A stretch of 60,859 nucleotides of DNA, from the NCBI RefSeq assembly GCF_004010195.1, contig NC_057750.1, positions 1 to 60,859 on the forward strand. Direction: 5' to 3'. The stretch is from Chiloscyllium plagiosum (Eukaryota). Below are positions 49,024 to 60,859 of this stretch, in pieces. Position 1 is the stretch's first letter; each line of letters begins with the position of its first letter. Below the pieces are notes generated by a model. That model was not told the DNA's origin. It worked only from the letters and a program-made list of their open reading frames with translations, and made no database searches. A program made the translations under genes and the position numbers.

Positions 49024-49483
49024 AACTCTATTAAGTTACAATTGTTTAGTAAATGGAGTTTATTGATAGGTTAAGAATAGTAGCTGTATTTATTTTAATT
49101 AATAGTGGTAGAATCATTGTTTTTGTAGCAAAACAAACAATAGGTGCTGATGCATTTTTTTCCGTTCAGACCCTGAGTGAGATTCCCCACTTTGTTATAG
49201 TTCTGGATGGGATACTCCCAACTCCCAGGTGAGGATGGTTGAATTGGCTCCCCCTCTTTATTCACCCATGTCTTTTGTTGGTTGCAACAAGGTTAATTGA
49301 AAAGGATCCCCCCTTTCCCTTAGATCCAAATGAAGTTAGAGTTTAAAAGGAACCGATTTAACCTGGCTTTCTCCAGTTGTCAAAGAATGAATTTATCAAT
49401 TACTACACACAAAAAGAAATAGTCCAAAAAGATACAAATTAAAGAGTGTTTATACAGATCAGGCTCTGAATTGTTCATGGTCG

Positions 49484-49570
49484 TTTCTTCAGGAATTCCT
49501 GACCTGCTGTGCTGTTCCAGCAATAAAGTTTCAACTTTGATCTCCAGCATCTGCAGACCTCACTTTCTCC
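49484..49570 (+). mobile_element. Family A element with a short 5' inversion
   Basis: ttcttcaggaat (inverted ribozyme 5' end) followed by cctgacctgctg...ctcactttctcc, identical to the young copies. Confidence 0.7.
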
Positions 49571-51344
49571 ATGTTACCAGTAGCATTGACTTCGATAGTT
49601 GAACAGTCATTTGCATGATCTTTAGTTTTACAGGATGTTTGAGATTATGTTATTCCGATTCCTTTTGACTGTAATCTATCATTATGGTGAGATAGAGTCC
49701 TTTTGTTGTCCTATTTCCTTTTGCCTAGCATTACAAGTCAGAGTCTCTTTACTTACAACACAGGGGTGACTAGAGGATATGTCTTTCACTGTGATCTTCA
49801 CAGCACATTAATGCTTGAAACCAGTCTGGGTCAAAAGAGAATGTTCAGTTCCACTGGAACTCTCCAGTTGAGTTGAAACTGGCTTTTTATCCTCTGTCCT
49901 TGTATTCTACAAAAGGAAAAGCATAAATGTGTCTGTGATTTGGGACAAATTCTGCAGGGAATGGCTGGATATGCAGCAAAGGTTGGAGAGCCCTTTATTC
50001 TCTTTGTAGTCACAAGAGATCATTATCCAGTCAGTTTTGACTTGCCTTTCTGTCCCTTTTGATCTTTGAGGTTCCCTTCACATCCTTAGATGTGATATTC
50101 CATAAATCTCTCTCTCTCACTCTCTCGTCAGTGAGCCATTTAATTTACGTCCCTTCCTATTTTTGTTTATGTCAGACATCTTGGCACGTTTTAGAATTTG
50201 AAGTTAAAATGTCCACAGTACTTTGGAGTTCTGATTCGTTGTCATGTTACTTTTTCAGTGTGCATAATATTTGTTACAGTAACAGTAATAGTAACATTAA
50301 GATACAGGAACAGTGGTTGAAGTAAATGTTGCAATATTAATAGATGAAGCAATAGATAAAAGTGTAATATAGTCGCAGTAGGGAACTGTGATTTGAATTT
50401 AATTTATTACATTTGTCCAATCAGATTTTAAAGTGTGTTAGAATGAGATTTTGTTTTGTTTCAGTGAGAACAATAAATATTGTCTAATAACCTCCTCAAT
50501 ATGATATTTACAAATTAAAATATTATAAAAAAACAGCCTCTCTCACTTTCTACTTAATTCTCAGACATCGAATGGTTCTGCTGCCTAAATACCAATCATT
50601 TTTATTAAAGCTGGCTCTGAAATCACCTTTATCTCACTTCTGACAAGTACAGTGGTGTCAATCATCTCACTGAACAACTAGGAATAGACAACATCATTAC
50701 TGTTCGAGAAAAAGCTGTCAATCAAAGAAAATCTGAGTGGACGTTATGTTCCCTGTACTATAATACCTTGTCACTGAGGAGCTAAGTAATGATCACTCTG
50801 TTATGAAGTTGCTAATATGCACTGTGGCCTTTGCCTATTTATTTATTTGATTCAAAGGGAATGAAATTAACATGTTATTCTTCAATCAGCATTATTTTAC
50901 AAATTAATGTTTAACACTTTTAAAACACAAAGCCAGAGGACCAACTAGTGAGGAATAATAGCTTAATACTGAGATATATTAGATCAGTGGCCAATGCTAT
51001 AGTGCACAATACCACAGTCAAAGTTTAGGGAGAAGACTGATAAGTCAAATGATGCTAGTGTTTTAGTGATGGCAAACTTGGACTTTCAAAAGTGATCAGT
51101 TGTAGGAATAAGAGTAACTAGTAAGGTCCAATCAGATAGTGTGGTCAAACACAATGGTCTCTGTCTAGTTCAGATCATTGGAGCTCATGTCAGGAAAGGC
51201 AAATAGTCATGGTTGCATAAGATTGGAGATAAAGATATAGTTCTGCCTTGTTTGACATGGTAGGGTGGAACTTTGGAAATAAAATTCCTCACGAGATATA
51301 ATGGATTGAGTTGGGGTCATGGCAGATTGGGTGTCAACAATCAT

Positions 51345-51730
51345 ATTCTTTCCCTGAAGCATCAGAGGCTGAGGGGTGACCTGACAGTGGTTTATAAAAT
51401 CATGAGGGGCATGGATAGAGTGAATAGCCAAAGACTTTTTCCTAGGGTAGGGGATCCAAAACTAGAGAGTATAGGTTTAAGGTGGAGAGAGACTTACAAA
51501 ACAACCTGACAAAAAGAGGGTGGTGTGTGTATGAGCGAATTGCCAGAGGAAGTTGTGGAGGCTGGTACAATTACAACATTTAAAAGGCATCTGGATGGGG
51601 TCATGAATAGGAAGAGTTTGGAGGGATATGGGCCAAATGCTGGCAAATGGGACTAAGTCAGATTGGAATTGTCGGCATGGACTGGTTAAACCAAAGGGTC
51701 TGTGTCCATGCTGTATCTCTCGTGACAGTT
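51345..51730 (+). mobile_element. CR1 LINE 3' fragment
   Basis: RLRGDLTVVYKIMRGMDRV. Confidence 0.78.
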
Positions 51731-53684
51731 TAGAAAGGAAGGCCCAATTGCCCAATCTTTCCAAGGGATCTTGAGAAGGAGCCAGGTTTTCTCCATTGAA
51801 TGAACAGATTGATTTTAGCATCACTATTACAAATGCTCTTTTACAATGTGAGGCATTATGGACACTCACTGCTCAGTTATTATAATAAGTTCAGAGTACC
51901 CTTTCTGTAACTCTAGAAAAGTGGAGAATTTAGTTCGTGATCTCTGCATTCTCCTGAAAAATAGTTAAAAGAATGCTTGCAAATATAATAAAATCTATAA
52001 AATAGCCAAGGTCTTTGACATTAATTTTTGAATAAACACTGTATTCCTATTTCCATTATTCTAACTGTATTACCTTCTCTCCCCAAGGGTCATGAAATAT
52101 TAATTATTCTTGATTCGGCTTGACCATAAGTTTAAATAAATGCTTTTCAATATCTGAGCCCCTGAGTAGAAACTCTGCCCAGATTGGTGAGGCAAAGCCT
52201 CTGAAAAGTGTAAAGCTGCCATATATCAAAGTCAATATTGGTCCCAAATGGGTATAACTCACAGCACAAAGTTATAAAGTGTGGAAACTTTGTTTACTGT
52301 AAAATCTAGTACGGGGAAGTAGAACCTCAACAGAATGATACATCCTCCAGGACTTGAAACATAAAATAATGAATTCACTTGGTGCTGCTTCCTGTGTTCC
52401 TACTGCTGCTGTTATACTTTCACACTGTGGTGATGGGATAAGGTTTAATTTCAATTCTATTTACTTCAAAAATGTATAAGGAACTCTGTGTAAGTACAAA
52501 TTTCAGCAGTTGGCCCATGATTGGCCAACTGTTACTTGGCCGAAGTATCGCTACGTTATGGTTAGAATTACTGGTTCATCCTTCAATTTGAGAATGTTTT
52601 GTACTGTAACTGACTGGGAGTGTGAGTTGACAGTTAACTGTCAATCATCATTAATTGGTGCATTCTTTTTGGCAGAAACTCTGCTGATCGGAGCGTACTT
52701 ACCAACTAATTAGTGCTGTCATCACATGTCATGTAAATACTGCCTTTGCCTTTGAATAGATATTCTTGCAAAATATCCTGATGGGTACAAAATAAAAAGG
52801 TTCAACAAAATGTGTATTTATTTTCTGCAATAAACTGTAAGATAACTGCAGAAAAAAATAATGAGGAGAAAGGTTATATGTATAGAGGATGGGTAGGAAA
52901 AATTCTTGACTACAAATGTATTCCTAGCATTTTCCAAAGAAATTCACACTCATGGAAGTCAGAAATCTAGAGCACTCTTCTGGATACTGAGGAATTAAAA
53001 TTTTATAGACTGAATGTGAAAGATGTTTTGTAAGGATATCAGGGAATATGAAGAAAAAGGTGACTAAATGGGTTCAAGCCATGAGCTAATTGCTTACAAA
53101 CCAGTCTCAAATGCCTGAGTAGCCTCTTCTCTTTCTGAGTGTTCCTAGTACAATAGAGAGAGAATAGAGAGAAAACAGAGGAGAGAAAACAATTCAAGAG
53201 TTAGGAGGTTGCTTTGGAGAGAATGAGAAAAAATACAAAGGCAATAATTCTCAGCTGATCTCATTCAACATGGAACTGGAAAAAAAATCCACCAAGTTTT
53301 AATTATGTAAATGAATAACTGCCAATGTTCCTAACATCACAGATTTTATAACTTTCTTTCTCTTTGTTCAGTTTCAAGCAGTTGGCTGAATATATTTGAA
53401 TTAATTTGCATTTTTTTTTGCAAAAGACAATGAATAACTATTTAAAATATTTCTCAAGTGTCTCGTGAGAAGGAGCCTTTGTTGAAGAATCTTAAGGCAA
53501 TTACAATATTACAAAATGTGAAAAGAAAACTTCAAAAACATACCTCTTCAGCTGTGAAGCACTTTCAGAAATCTGGTAGTCATGAGAAAGAGCTCCGGAA
53601 AATGCAAGTATTTCATTATTTTTTAAAATCACCGCACTTACTCAAGAACAGCATTGAATGTGGTGTGATCAAGAAGTCTGAACT

Positions 53685-54240
53685 AAGGGTGTTGGATAGG
53701 AGATTAGAATTGGGTCTGAGCTGAGAGTGTGGGGTGAGGAATGGGATTGTGTCTGATGTGAGTTTGGGGAATGGGATTAGGTCTGAATTGAGGGTGCTGG
53801 ATAGGGGATTAAGCTTGGGTCTGCGGTGAGAGTGTGGGATAGGAGATTTGGATTGGGTCTGAGTGGAGAGTGTGGGACACAGGAATGGGATTGGGTCTGA
53901 GCTGAGGGTTGGGATAGTGGCATGGGATTAGGTCTTACCTGAGAGTGTGGAATAGGAGGTAGAGACTTGGTCTGAGCTGAGAGTGTGCAATAGGAAATTG
54001 GGATTGCATCTGCGCTGAGGGTATGGGGTAGGGGATTAGGATTGGGTCTGAGCAGATCATGTGGTATAGCAGAATGTGATTGGTTCTGAGCTGAGTGTGT
54101 GAGATAGGAGAATGGGAATGGGTCTGAGGTGAGGGTGTGGGATAGGGAACTGAGATAAGGTCTGAGGTGGCTTGGGTAATTGGCTGGGCTGAGGGGATGG
54201 GTCCGGGGATGGGGTCAGAGGCCAAGCGTAGGATTTGGAA
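53685..54240. repeat. G-rich ~38-bp minisatellite (gggattgggtctgagctgagagtgtgggataggagaat)
   Basis: More than 12 diverged units with strong G/C strand skew. Confidence 0.85.
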
Positions 54241-55419
54241 TCAAGCTGTATGATCAGAACCCGGGGCTTAGTGGTTGCAGGTAGTGGCTGAGGGGACAGT
54301 ATAGTAGTTGGGGCCAGGGGTTGGCAGTCAGAGCCAAGAGGTACAGATAGGGTCAGGAGCTGGGGGCTGGGGTCATAGGTCAAAGGTTAGGGACTGGAGT
54401 TTTAGCCAGAGGTCAAGGACTCGTGTCAGGTGCCAGGGGATAGGGGCTTGGGTTGCGGCTGGAGGGTAGGGCCTGGAGAGCAGGAACTATCCATTGGTTT
54501 TGAGTTGAATAGATTCTGCTGCTCTAACCTTAGCCAAATGTTGTTCATAACTCACTATTCCCTGTGCTCACTGACCTACACTGACATCTGGTTCATCATT
54601 ATCTCGATTTAAACATCTGACCTTTGATTACAAAACTGTACACTTCCCCACCCTTCTGGTCTCAGTATGACCTTGACCAACCCCTACAACTGTCGCAGAT
54701 ATCTGCACTGCTGTAATTCTGGCCTATTGTTCCTCTCTGAATTTAATCATTCCATGTTTGTATCTGCAGCTGCCTGAGTCCCAAGCTCTGGAATCCAGTT
54801 CTTAAACCTCGGCCCCTTCCACTGCTTTAGTGTGCTCCTTCAAAGCCACTCCTTTGATCATTTGCCCAACTATCTCCTTCCAAATTGCAGGGTCAGATTT
54901 TGTTTGACAACTCTTCAATGAAGTGACTTGGGATGTTTCACTCTGCTATAGGTGCTATATAAATGCAAATTAATGTTGATAAATGTTCAGAAAGGGAACA
55001 TACATGAAAGTCGTTTCCCAGTTTTAATGTTGAGAAACCTGGATTAAGGCCAGCAGTCTATAAATCCAAGCTTCCCCCCAAGCTAAAAAAAAATCATAAA
55101 TGAAGATGAAGTGGAATAATTAAAAGATGGGGCTTTTCAAAACTTAAGGTTGTAAAATCAGAGTGTATTTCCTAATTAGCAACTTACCTGAGGGAGCCTC
55201 ATGAGGACTACTGAATGTGGAGGCGGCCTGTTTAAAAGGCCCACCAGGGTGCTACGTGATCTTGTCCCAGTTCTGATGAAAACAATAGGAGTTTTTGGCC
55301 CTCACTCTCAAATCCCCTTCATTGCTTCTCTCACACTCTGAATGGCTTGTCCATGCCAACTCCTTCCATTTACCCCAATGGCCCCTCAGCCCCCTCCTGC
55401 CAATTCATCCCCATGGCCT

Positions 55420-55686
55420 CTCATACTCTCTGTGCCCCTGTAACCCCATTTTTCCCATGGCTAATCCACTTGGCCTGTACATCCAGGAACACTATGGACA
55501 GTTTTCCATGACCAATCCATCCTAACCTGCACATCTTTGATTGTGGGAGGAAACCGGAGCACCCAGAGGAAACCCATTCAGACACTGGGAGAATGTACAA
55601 ACTCCACTCAGACAGTTGCCTGATGTTTGAAATCAAAGCCGGGTCCCTGGCACTATGAGGAAGCAATACTAACCACTGAGCCACAT
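55420..55686 (-). mobile_element. HE1/V-SINE-type SINE
   Basis: tgtgggaggaaaccggagcacc domain and tRNA-like head. Confidence 0.75.
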
Positions 55687-56740
55687 TAGTAACTAGGGGA
55701 GTCATAGTATCAAGATTGTCAACAAGAGAGCTCGGAGCAAGATGAGAAGGAAAAATCTTTACTGAGAGAGTTGTTCGGATTTGGAATACACTGCCTGGGA
55801 GAGTGGTGGAGGTGGATTCCATACAATGTTTCAAAAGAATGTTGCATATATCTTTGAAAGTAATGAAGTCAGAGGCCTATAGAGATGGGGATGGAGAGTG
55901 GGGCTTGCTGACCATTTACAGAGGGTTTCTGGATTTGAGGCTCCAGCTCCATCTTTATGAAAATTTAGGCCCGAGTTTTAATCACCCTTTGCCAATTTTC
56001 TTTAGTCTTTGAGAAATGGATTTCTACAGTTCCCACTTGCCAGTATTCCACTGTCTGAACTACAGAGTTAATCCACCTTATTTTGCTGAATAAAGCACAA
56101 CTGACCTTGTAGAAAATGCGGATGTATCTCATTTGAATGGAATATTGTTTTCCTTCAGGATACAGATTTTTATCTTTAGAGAACACAGCCACCTACCAGC
56201 CAATGAAGGCTAAGAAATAGACAAAGGGGTCATAAAGAAGCCTAAGAAAGAAAATGACTTGCTCCAGAGATCTTCACAAGAAATGGTTATAGTCAAGATA
56301 AAGATGTTGAAACTTTAATGAAGGAGCTTCTATTTTTCAGATAAGAACGGATACTGATTTAGAAACTAAGAATCTACAGAGTAGTACAAACCCTGTAATA
56401 TAAAATTCATCAAAGTTTTGTAACCTTGTAGCAGTAACAATGGAGACTGTAATGTTGCAGGGAGATTAATGATAACTGTGGAGAGATGAAATCTGATGGT
56501 TTACTTCAATATTGGGTCAAGCCAATCAGAAAGCAATGGACTTGCATTCGGCAAAACAATGTAAAGCCCTATCTAAGAAAGTTAAGGTAATAGCAGGCAA
56601 CGTTAGCAGGACTGAGAATTATGAAAAGGGTGAATCTGACGTTTGATACCTGACAATGGCACTCTAAGGGACTGGTCTCTCTGCTTTCAGTCATCACTGT
56701 TCTCTGAAGGTAAGCATTGAAAGGAAAGAACATTTTCATG

Positions 56741-56960
56741 AAAACAAACTTGCTGGAAGAGCTTAACAGGTCTGGTAGCATCTGAAGATGGAAATCAGAG
56801 TGAATATTTCAGGTCCAGTGACCATTCCTTCGAATGGTTCAGGACAGTTCTAAAGAGCAGTCTCTGGACCTGAAACATTAAATTTGATTTCTCTCACTGA
56901 GCTGTTTCAGCAATTTCTGCTTTTGTTCCTGATTTGCAGCTTTTGCAGTTCTTTTCATTT
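56741..56960. mobile_element. Old family D Penelope-derived inverted pair (decayed ribozymes); related fragments at ~3668-3770, 4070-4210, 16205-16290, 25940-25990
   Basis: gatgctgccagacctgctg-type body and ggacctgaaacattaa remnants on both arms. Confidence 0.5.
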
Positions 56961-58117
56961 TTAACATCTCAGTCTGCGAACTCACAACCTGTGGGCAAAT
57001 GCAGCAAAACCCGGATTTGAGTTCCCTGGGCGATTGGCTGACTAAGGCAGGATATTGGAAATAGATGGGATTGTAGTTGGAAACACTGAGTCTAGTGAGC
57101 TGATTGGATACTTTGAGCACTAACCCCAAAACCAAATGTAAGGATTGCAATGCTCACATTGACCAGACTGAGTAAGGATAGCAAATTGCACTCCATAAAG
57201 AATCTGATGAACATTTATGTTACTATTGCTGCTGTGTTTAATTTGTGTCACTGAATTTAAAGCCCCTGCTGTTAGGATGCAATTTTCTCTCATGTTGTGG
57301 CAGTAACAGTAGGAAGATTACAGTCGGGTGGCTTTACTAAATCTCACATGTCATTCTTTACTGTGGTTCAGATCAGAGAAACACCAAGCACCTTAGGGTG
57401 CATATGAAAAGGCCTTCTCCCCTTCCTCCTCCCTCTTCCAGCTGCTTCTCCTGTTCTGCCTGGCCTCCGTTTCATTTTCCAGGCCATGCTACATCCCAAA
57501 GGAAATAGCAACAAATGTCACATTCACAGATGTTCTGAAGGAATTGCTTTATTCAGAAGCCTTACCATTCCTGTAGCATCATGGTGATGAGCCAATCAGC
57601 TTGAGAGAGTACACTTTCTTGTCACTTCTTGTCAGAAAACTCTGTTAGTGGGACTTCTCCCGAGCTTTGAGGCTCCTGCTGAGGGTTGGCCAAGTCTTTG
57701 ATGCAAATAGAAATGGAAGGATCAGTACTACCTGGTTATCTCTGACCTTAGACTCAGTTTGAAATCTTGGTCCTCAAATACTTTCTCTCAAATGACTGGA
57801 GGCTGAACTGATGCCTTGGAGGAGGTGATGAATTTCTGCATCTATTTCGGCCTTCATTGAGAGGTATAGTGGACAATGAAGAAGGTCATCGAAAATTACA
57901 AAGAGATTTTGACCAATTGGTCAATGAGCTAAAGAGTGGCAAATAGAATTTAATAAATGTATTTTGGTAAAACAAACAAGCATAACTTATATAATTAATG
58001 GTAGGGCCCTGGATAGTATTGCAGAACAAAGAGATCTAGGGATCAAAGTTTGTGCGAAGATTTGTAGCTCGGGTGCTCGTTGCTGTGGTTCTGTTCGCCG
58101 AGCTGGAAGTTTTTGTT

Positions 58118-58157
58118 GCAAACGTTTCGTCCCCTGGCTAGGCGACATCATCAGTGC
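58118..58157 (-). ncRNA. Minimal hammerhead ribozyme in Penelope pLTR (family B)
   Basis: Reverse complement gca-CTGATGA-t-gtcgcct-agcc-aggggac-GAAACGTT-tgc. Confidence 0.72.
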
Positions 58158-58593
58158 TTGGGAGCCTCCTGCGAAGCGCTTCTTTGATGTTACATGAGCA
58201 AGACGAATGTAGTGTACAAAATTCCATGCAAGGACTGCATTAAACACTATATAGGACAAACAGGAAGACAGCTAACAATCCGCATACATGAACATCAACT
58301 AGCCACGAAACGACACGACCAGCTATCCTTAGTAGCCACACTCGCAGACAACAAGCAACATGAATTCGACTGGGACAACACTACTATCATAGTGCAAGCC
58401 AGACAGAGAACAGCCAGGGAATTCCTAGAGGCATGGCATTCATCCACAAACTCCATCAACAAACACATCGACCTGGACTCAATATACCAACCACTACAGC
58501 GGACAGCTGAAACTGACAACCGGAAGCGGCAGGGACAGACCACTATAAACACCGGAGGAAACATCAAAGAAGCGCTTCGCAGGAGGCTCCCAA

Positions 58594-58633
58594 GCACTGA
58601 TGATGTCGCCTAGCCAGGGGATGAAACGTTTGC
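58594..58633 (+). ncRNA. Minimal hammerhead ribozyme in Penelope pLTR (family B)
   Basis: gca-CTGATGA-tgtcgcct-agcc-aggggat-GAAACGTT-tgc. Confidence 0.68.
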
Positions 58634-60194
58634 AACAAAAACTTCCAGCTCGGCGAACAGAACCACAGCAGATCTAGGGATTCAGGTACACAATCCTTTG
58701 AAATTTGCAGCACAGGTAGGGTGGTTAAGAAGGCATTTAGCACTTGCCTTTATTGCTGAGACCTTTACGTGCAGGAGTTGGAACTTTATGTCGAGGTTGT
58801 ACAGGACATTGGCGAGGCCTCTTCTGAAATATTGTGCCCAGTTCTGGTCACCCTGTTATAGGAAGGATATTATTGAACTGAAGAGGGTTCAGAAAAGGTT
58901 TACTAGGATGTTGCTGGGAATGAAGGACTTGAGTTATGGGGAGATTTTAGATAGGCTGGGACTTCTTTCCCTGGAGTGTAGGAGGTTAAGGAGTGACCTT
59001 ACAGAGATTTATGAAATTATAAGGGAATAGCAAGGGTCTTTTCCCTAGGGGTGGAGAATTTCAAAATTAGGGGTCATATTTTTAAGATGAGAGCAGAAAG
59101 ATTTAAAAAGGACATGAGTGGCAATATGTTTACACAGACAGTGGTTCGTGTGTGGATTGAACTGCCAGAGGAAATGATGGATGCAATTGCAGTTATAACA
59201 TTTAAAAAACATTTAGATAAGTACATGAATAGAAAGTTTGGAGGGATATGGGACAAACGCAGGCAAGTGGGACTGGTTTAGTTCAGCAACATGGCTGGCA
59301 TGGACTAGTTGGACCAAAGGGTCTATTCCATGCTGTATGACTGTATGACTGTAATGGAGGAGACTTCCAAGATATAGAAATAGCCCAACAATACTAGGCT
59401 GATCACTCCAAACCAGCTCCACTCAGCAGGAACTATCACTCAGATCCCTCACCTGCTCAAACTGTGTGAGCCATATCTAATCTAGCAAGAGTGTACAGCC
59501 CTGGAGCAGGGCACTGAGCGGGTTAGCAGCTCGAGGTGGAGCCAGGCTCAATGGACCAGCCTGTTATTTGCTGCCTATCTGGTCCAATCTGGAATGACTC
59601 TGATGCCTGTGATACCTGGTTACTGAGGCACACAGAGCTCTGAACGAAATGTCAAACTGGCAGCGTGGTTTGCCAAGATTAAAAGAAGGCTGATGATGAA
59701 ATGGAAGCATTGTTGGGGCTGTGTTACTTTCAGTAATGATGGATTGTGAGGTGTGGCAGATAGAGCTTTGATCTGTGTGCAGTCTGTACTCAGTCTGACC
59801 TGGGAAGGTTTGATGTTGACACCAGGACTGAAAAGCATTAAATTTTCCCTTCATCTCCCATAAAGGAGGATAGAAAAGTATTCACTGAGCACATAAAATC
59901 CTTGTAATTTTAGTTTAATGTATAATTTCCTTGTTATAAAATATTGACGCCCCAATTGCAAAGCTGTAGAGTATCACATTGTGGTCAGACACTGCCAGTC
60001 TATTGTACAACTGACACGACTCAACAGTTCAATTCAGTTGAATCCTGTTCCATCTGTGAGATGTATGTTCCAGCACTGTGTTTTCAGGAATGTTTCTCTA
60101 ACCCTCCATACTTGAATTACTATCTCTGAGGAGATCGTTTTCACTCTCCTCTCTCAACACTCCTGCATCTGAGCTTGTCCCTTGCACCCAACCA

Positions 60195-60859
60195 TACAAG
60201 TGCTAGAAAAGTTAAAAGGTCTTAAAATTGATACATCTCCTGGCACCGATGGGTTACATCCTAGAGTTCTGAGGGAGGTGGCTGAGGAAATAGCGGAGGC
60301 ATTGGTTGGGATCTTTCAAAAGTCACTGGAGTCAGGGAAAGTCCCCGACGATTGGAAGATCGCTTTCTTGACCCCTTGTTCAAGAAAGGATCAAGACAAA
60401 AGATGGAAAATTATGGACCAATTAGCCTAACGGAGGCGTTGGTTGGGATCTTTCAAAAGTCACTGGAGTCAGGGAAAGTCCCCGACGATTGGAAGATCGC
60501 TGTTGTAACCCCCTTGTTCAAGAAAGGATCAAGACAAAAGATGGAAAATTATGGACCAATTAGCCTAACCTCGGTTGTTGGTAAAATTCTAGAATCCATC
60601 ATTAAGGATGAGGTTTCTAAATTCTTGGAAGAGCAGGGTTGGATTAGAACAAGTCAACATGGATTTAGTAAGGGGAGGCCATGCCTGGCAAACCTGTGGG
60701 AATTCTTTGAAGAGGTGACAAGTAGGTTAGACCAGGGAAACCCAGTGGATGTGGTCTATCTAGACTTCCAAAAGGCCTTTGATAAGGTGCCACACGGAAG
60801 GCTGCTGAGCAAGGTGAGGACCAATGGTGTTCGAGGTGAGCTACTGGTATGGATTGAGG
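60195..60859 (+). mobile_element. CR1 LINE RT region (runs off the window)
   Basis: SPGTDGLHPRVLREVAEEIAEAL; QHGFSKGRPCLANL; YLDFQKAFDKVPH. Confidence 0.88.

Larger units (their letters stand above)
58044..58669 (+). mobile_element. Truncated Penelope-like element (GIY-YIG endonuclease) with inverted pLTR
   Basis: ORF 58194-58613 NVVYKIPCKDCIKHYIGQTGRQLTIRIHEH is a PLE GIY-YIG motif; inverted pLTR 58044-58190; TSD agatctagggat 58032-58043 / 58670-58681; inserted in CR1. Confidence 0.9.
57860..59350 (+). mobile_element. CR1 LINE 3' fragment split by a Penelope insertion
   Basis: LYRTLARPLLKYCAQFWSP; (tgac)n-type tail near 59335. Confidence 0.82.

Noticed and set aside
49193..50278. TGT...ACA-bounded solo LTR
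   Set aside because: No TSD found and boundaries uncertain; only the internal paralogy with 47440-47720 is supported
53935..54383. Pro/Ser-rich minus-strand ORFs
   Set aside because: Translation of the minisatellite

Overview
Vertebrate genomic DNA, very likely a cartilaginous fish (shark), judged from HE1/V-SINE-type SINEs, Deu-domain SINE remnants and abundant CR1 LINEs. One protein-coding gene can be fully reconstructed: a six-exon TRAPPC6 (Trs33/Bet3 family; TRAPPC6B-like with TRAPPC6A-type residues) on the + strand, CDS 7453-14646, 158 aa, behind a GC-box CpG-island promoter. A second CCAAT/GC-box promoter at ~790-1000 may drive a divergent gene outside the window. The rest is mostly decayed or nested transposable elements: CR1, L2-like, Rex1/Babar and RTE LINE fragments, SINEs, two solo LTRs, minisatellites and local tandem duplications. 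The most striking unannotated signal is a set of at least four families of Penelope-like elements and very short (20-330 bp) non-autonomous derivatives that carry minimal type-I hammerhead ribozymes (CUGAnGA / stem II / GAAA-nn-UH). Most are flanked by 8-20 bp target-site duplications and are often arranged as outward-facing inverted pairs. Their 5' boundaries repeatedly fall at the ribozyme. One intact-core ribozyme lies in sense orientation in the probable TRAPPC6 3' UTR. Most ORFs in the supplied track are spurious or TE remnants. All calls were made by eye, without database searches.
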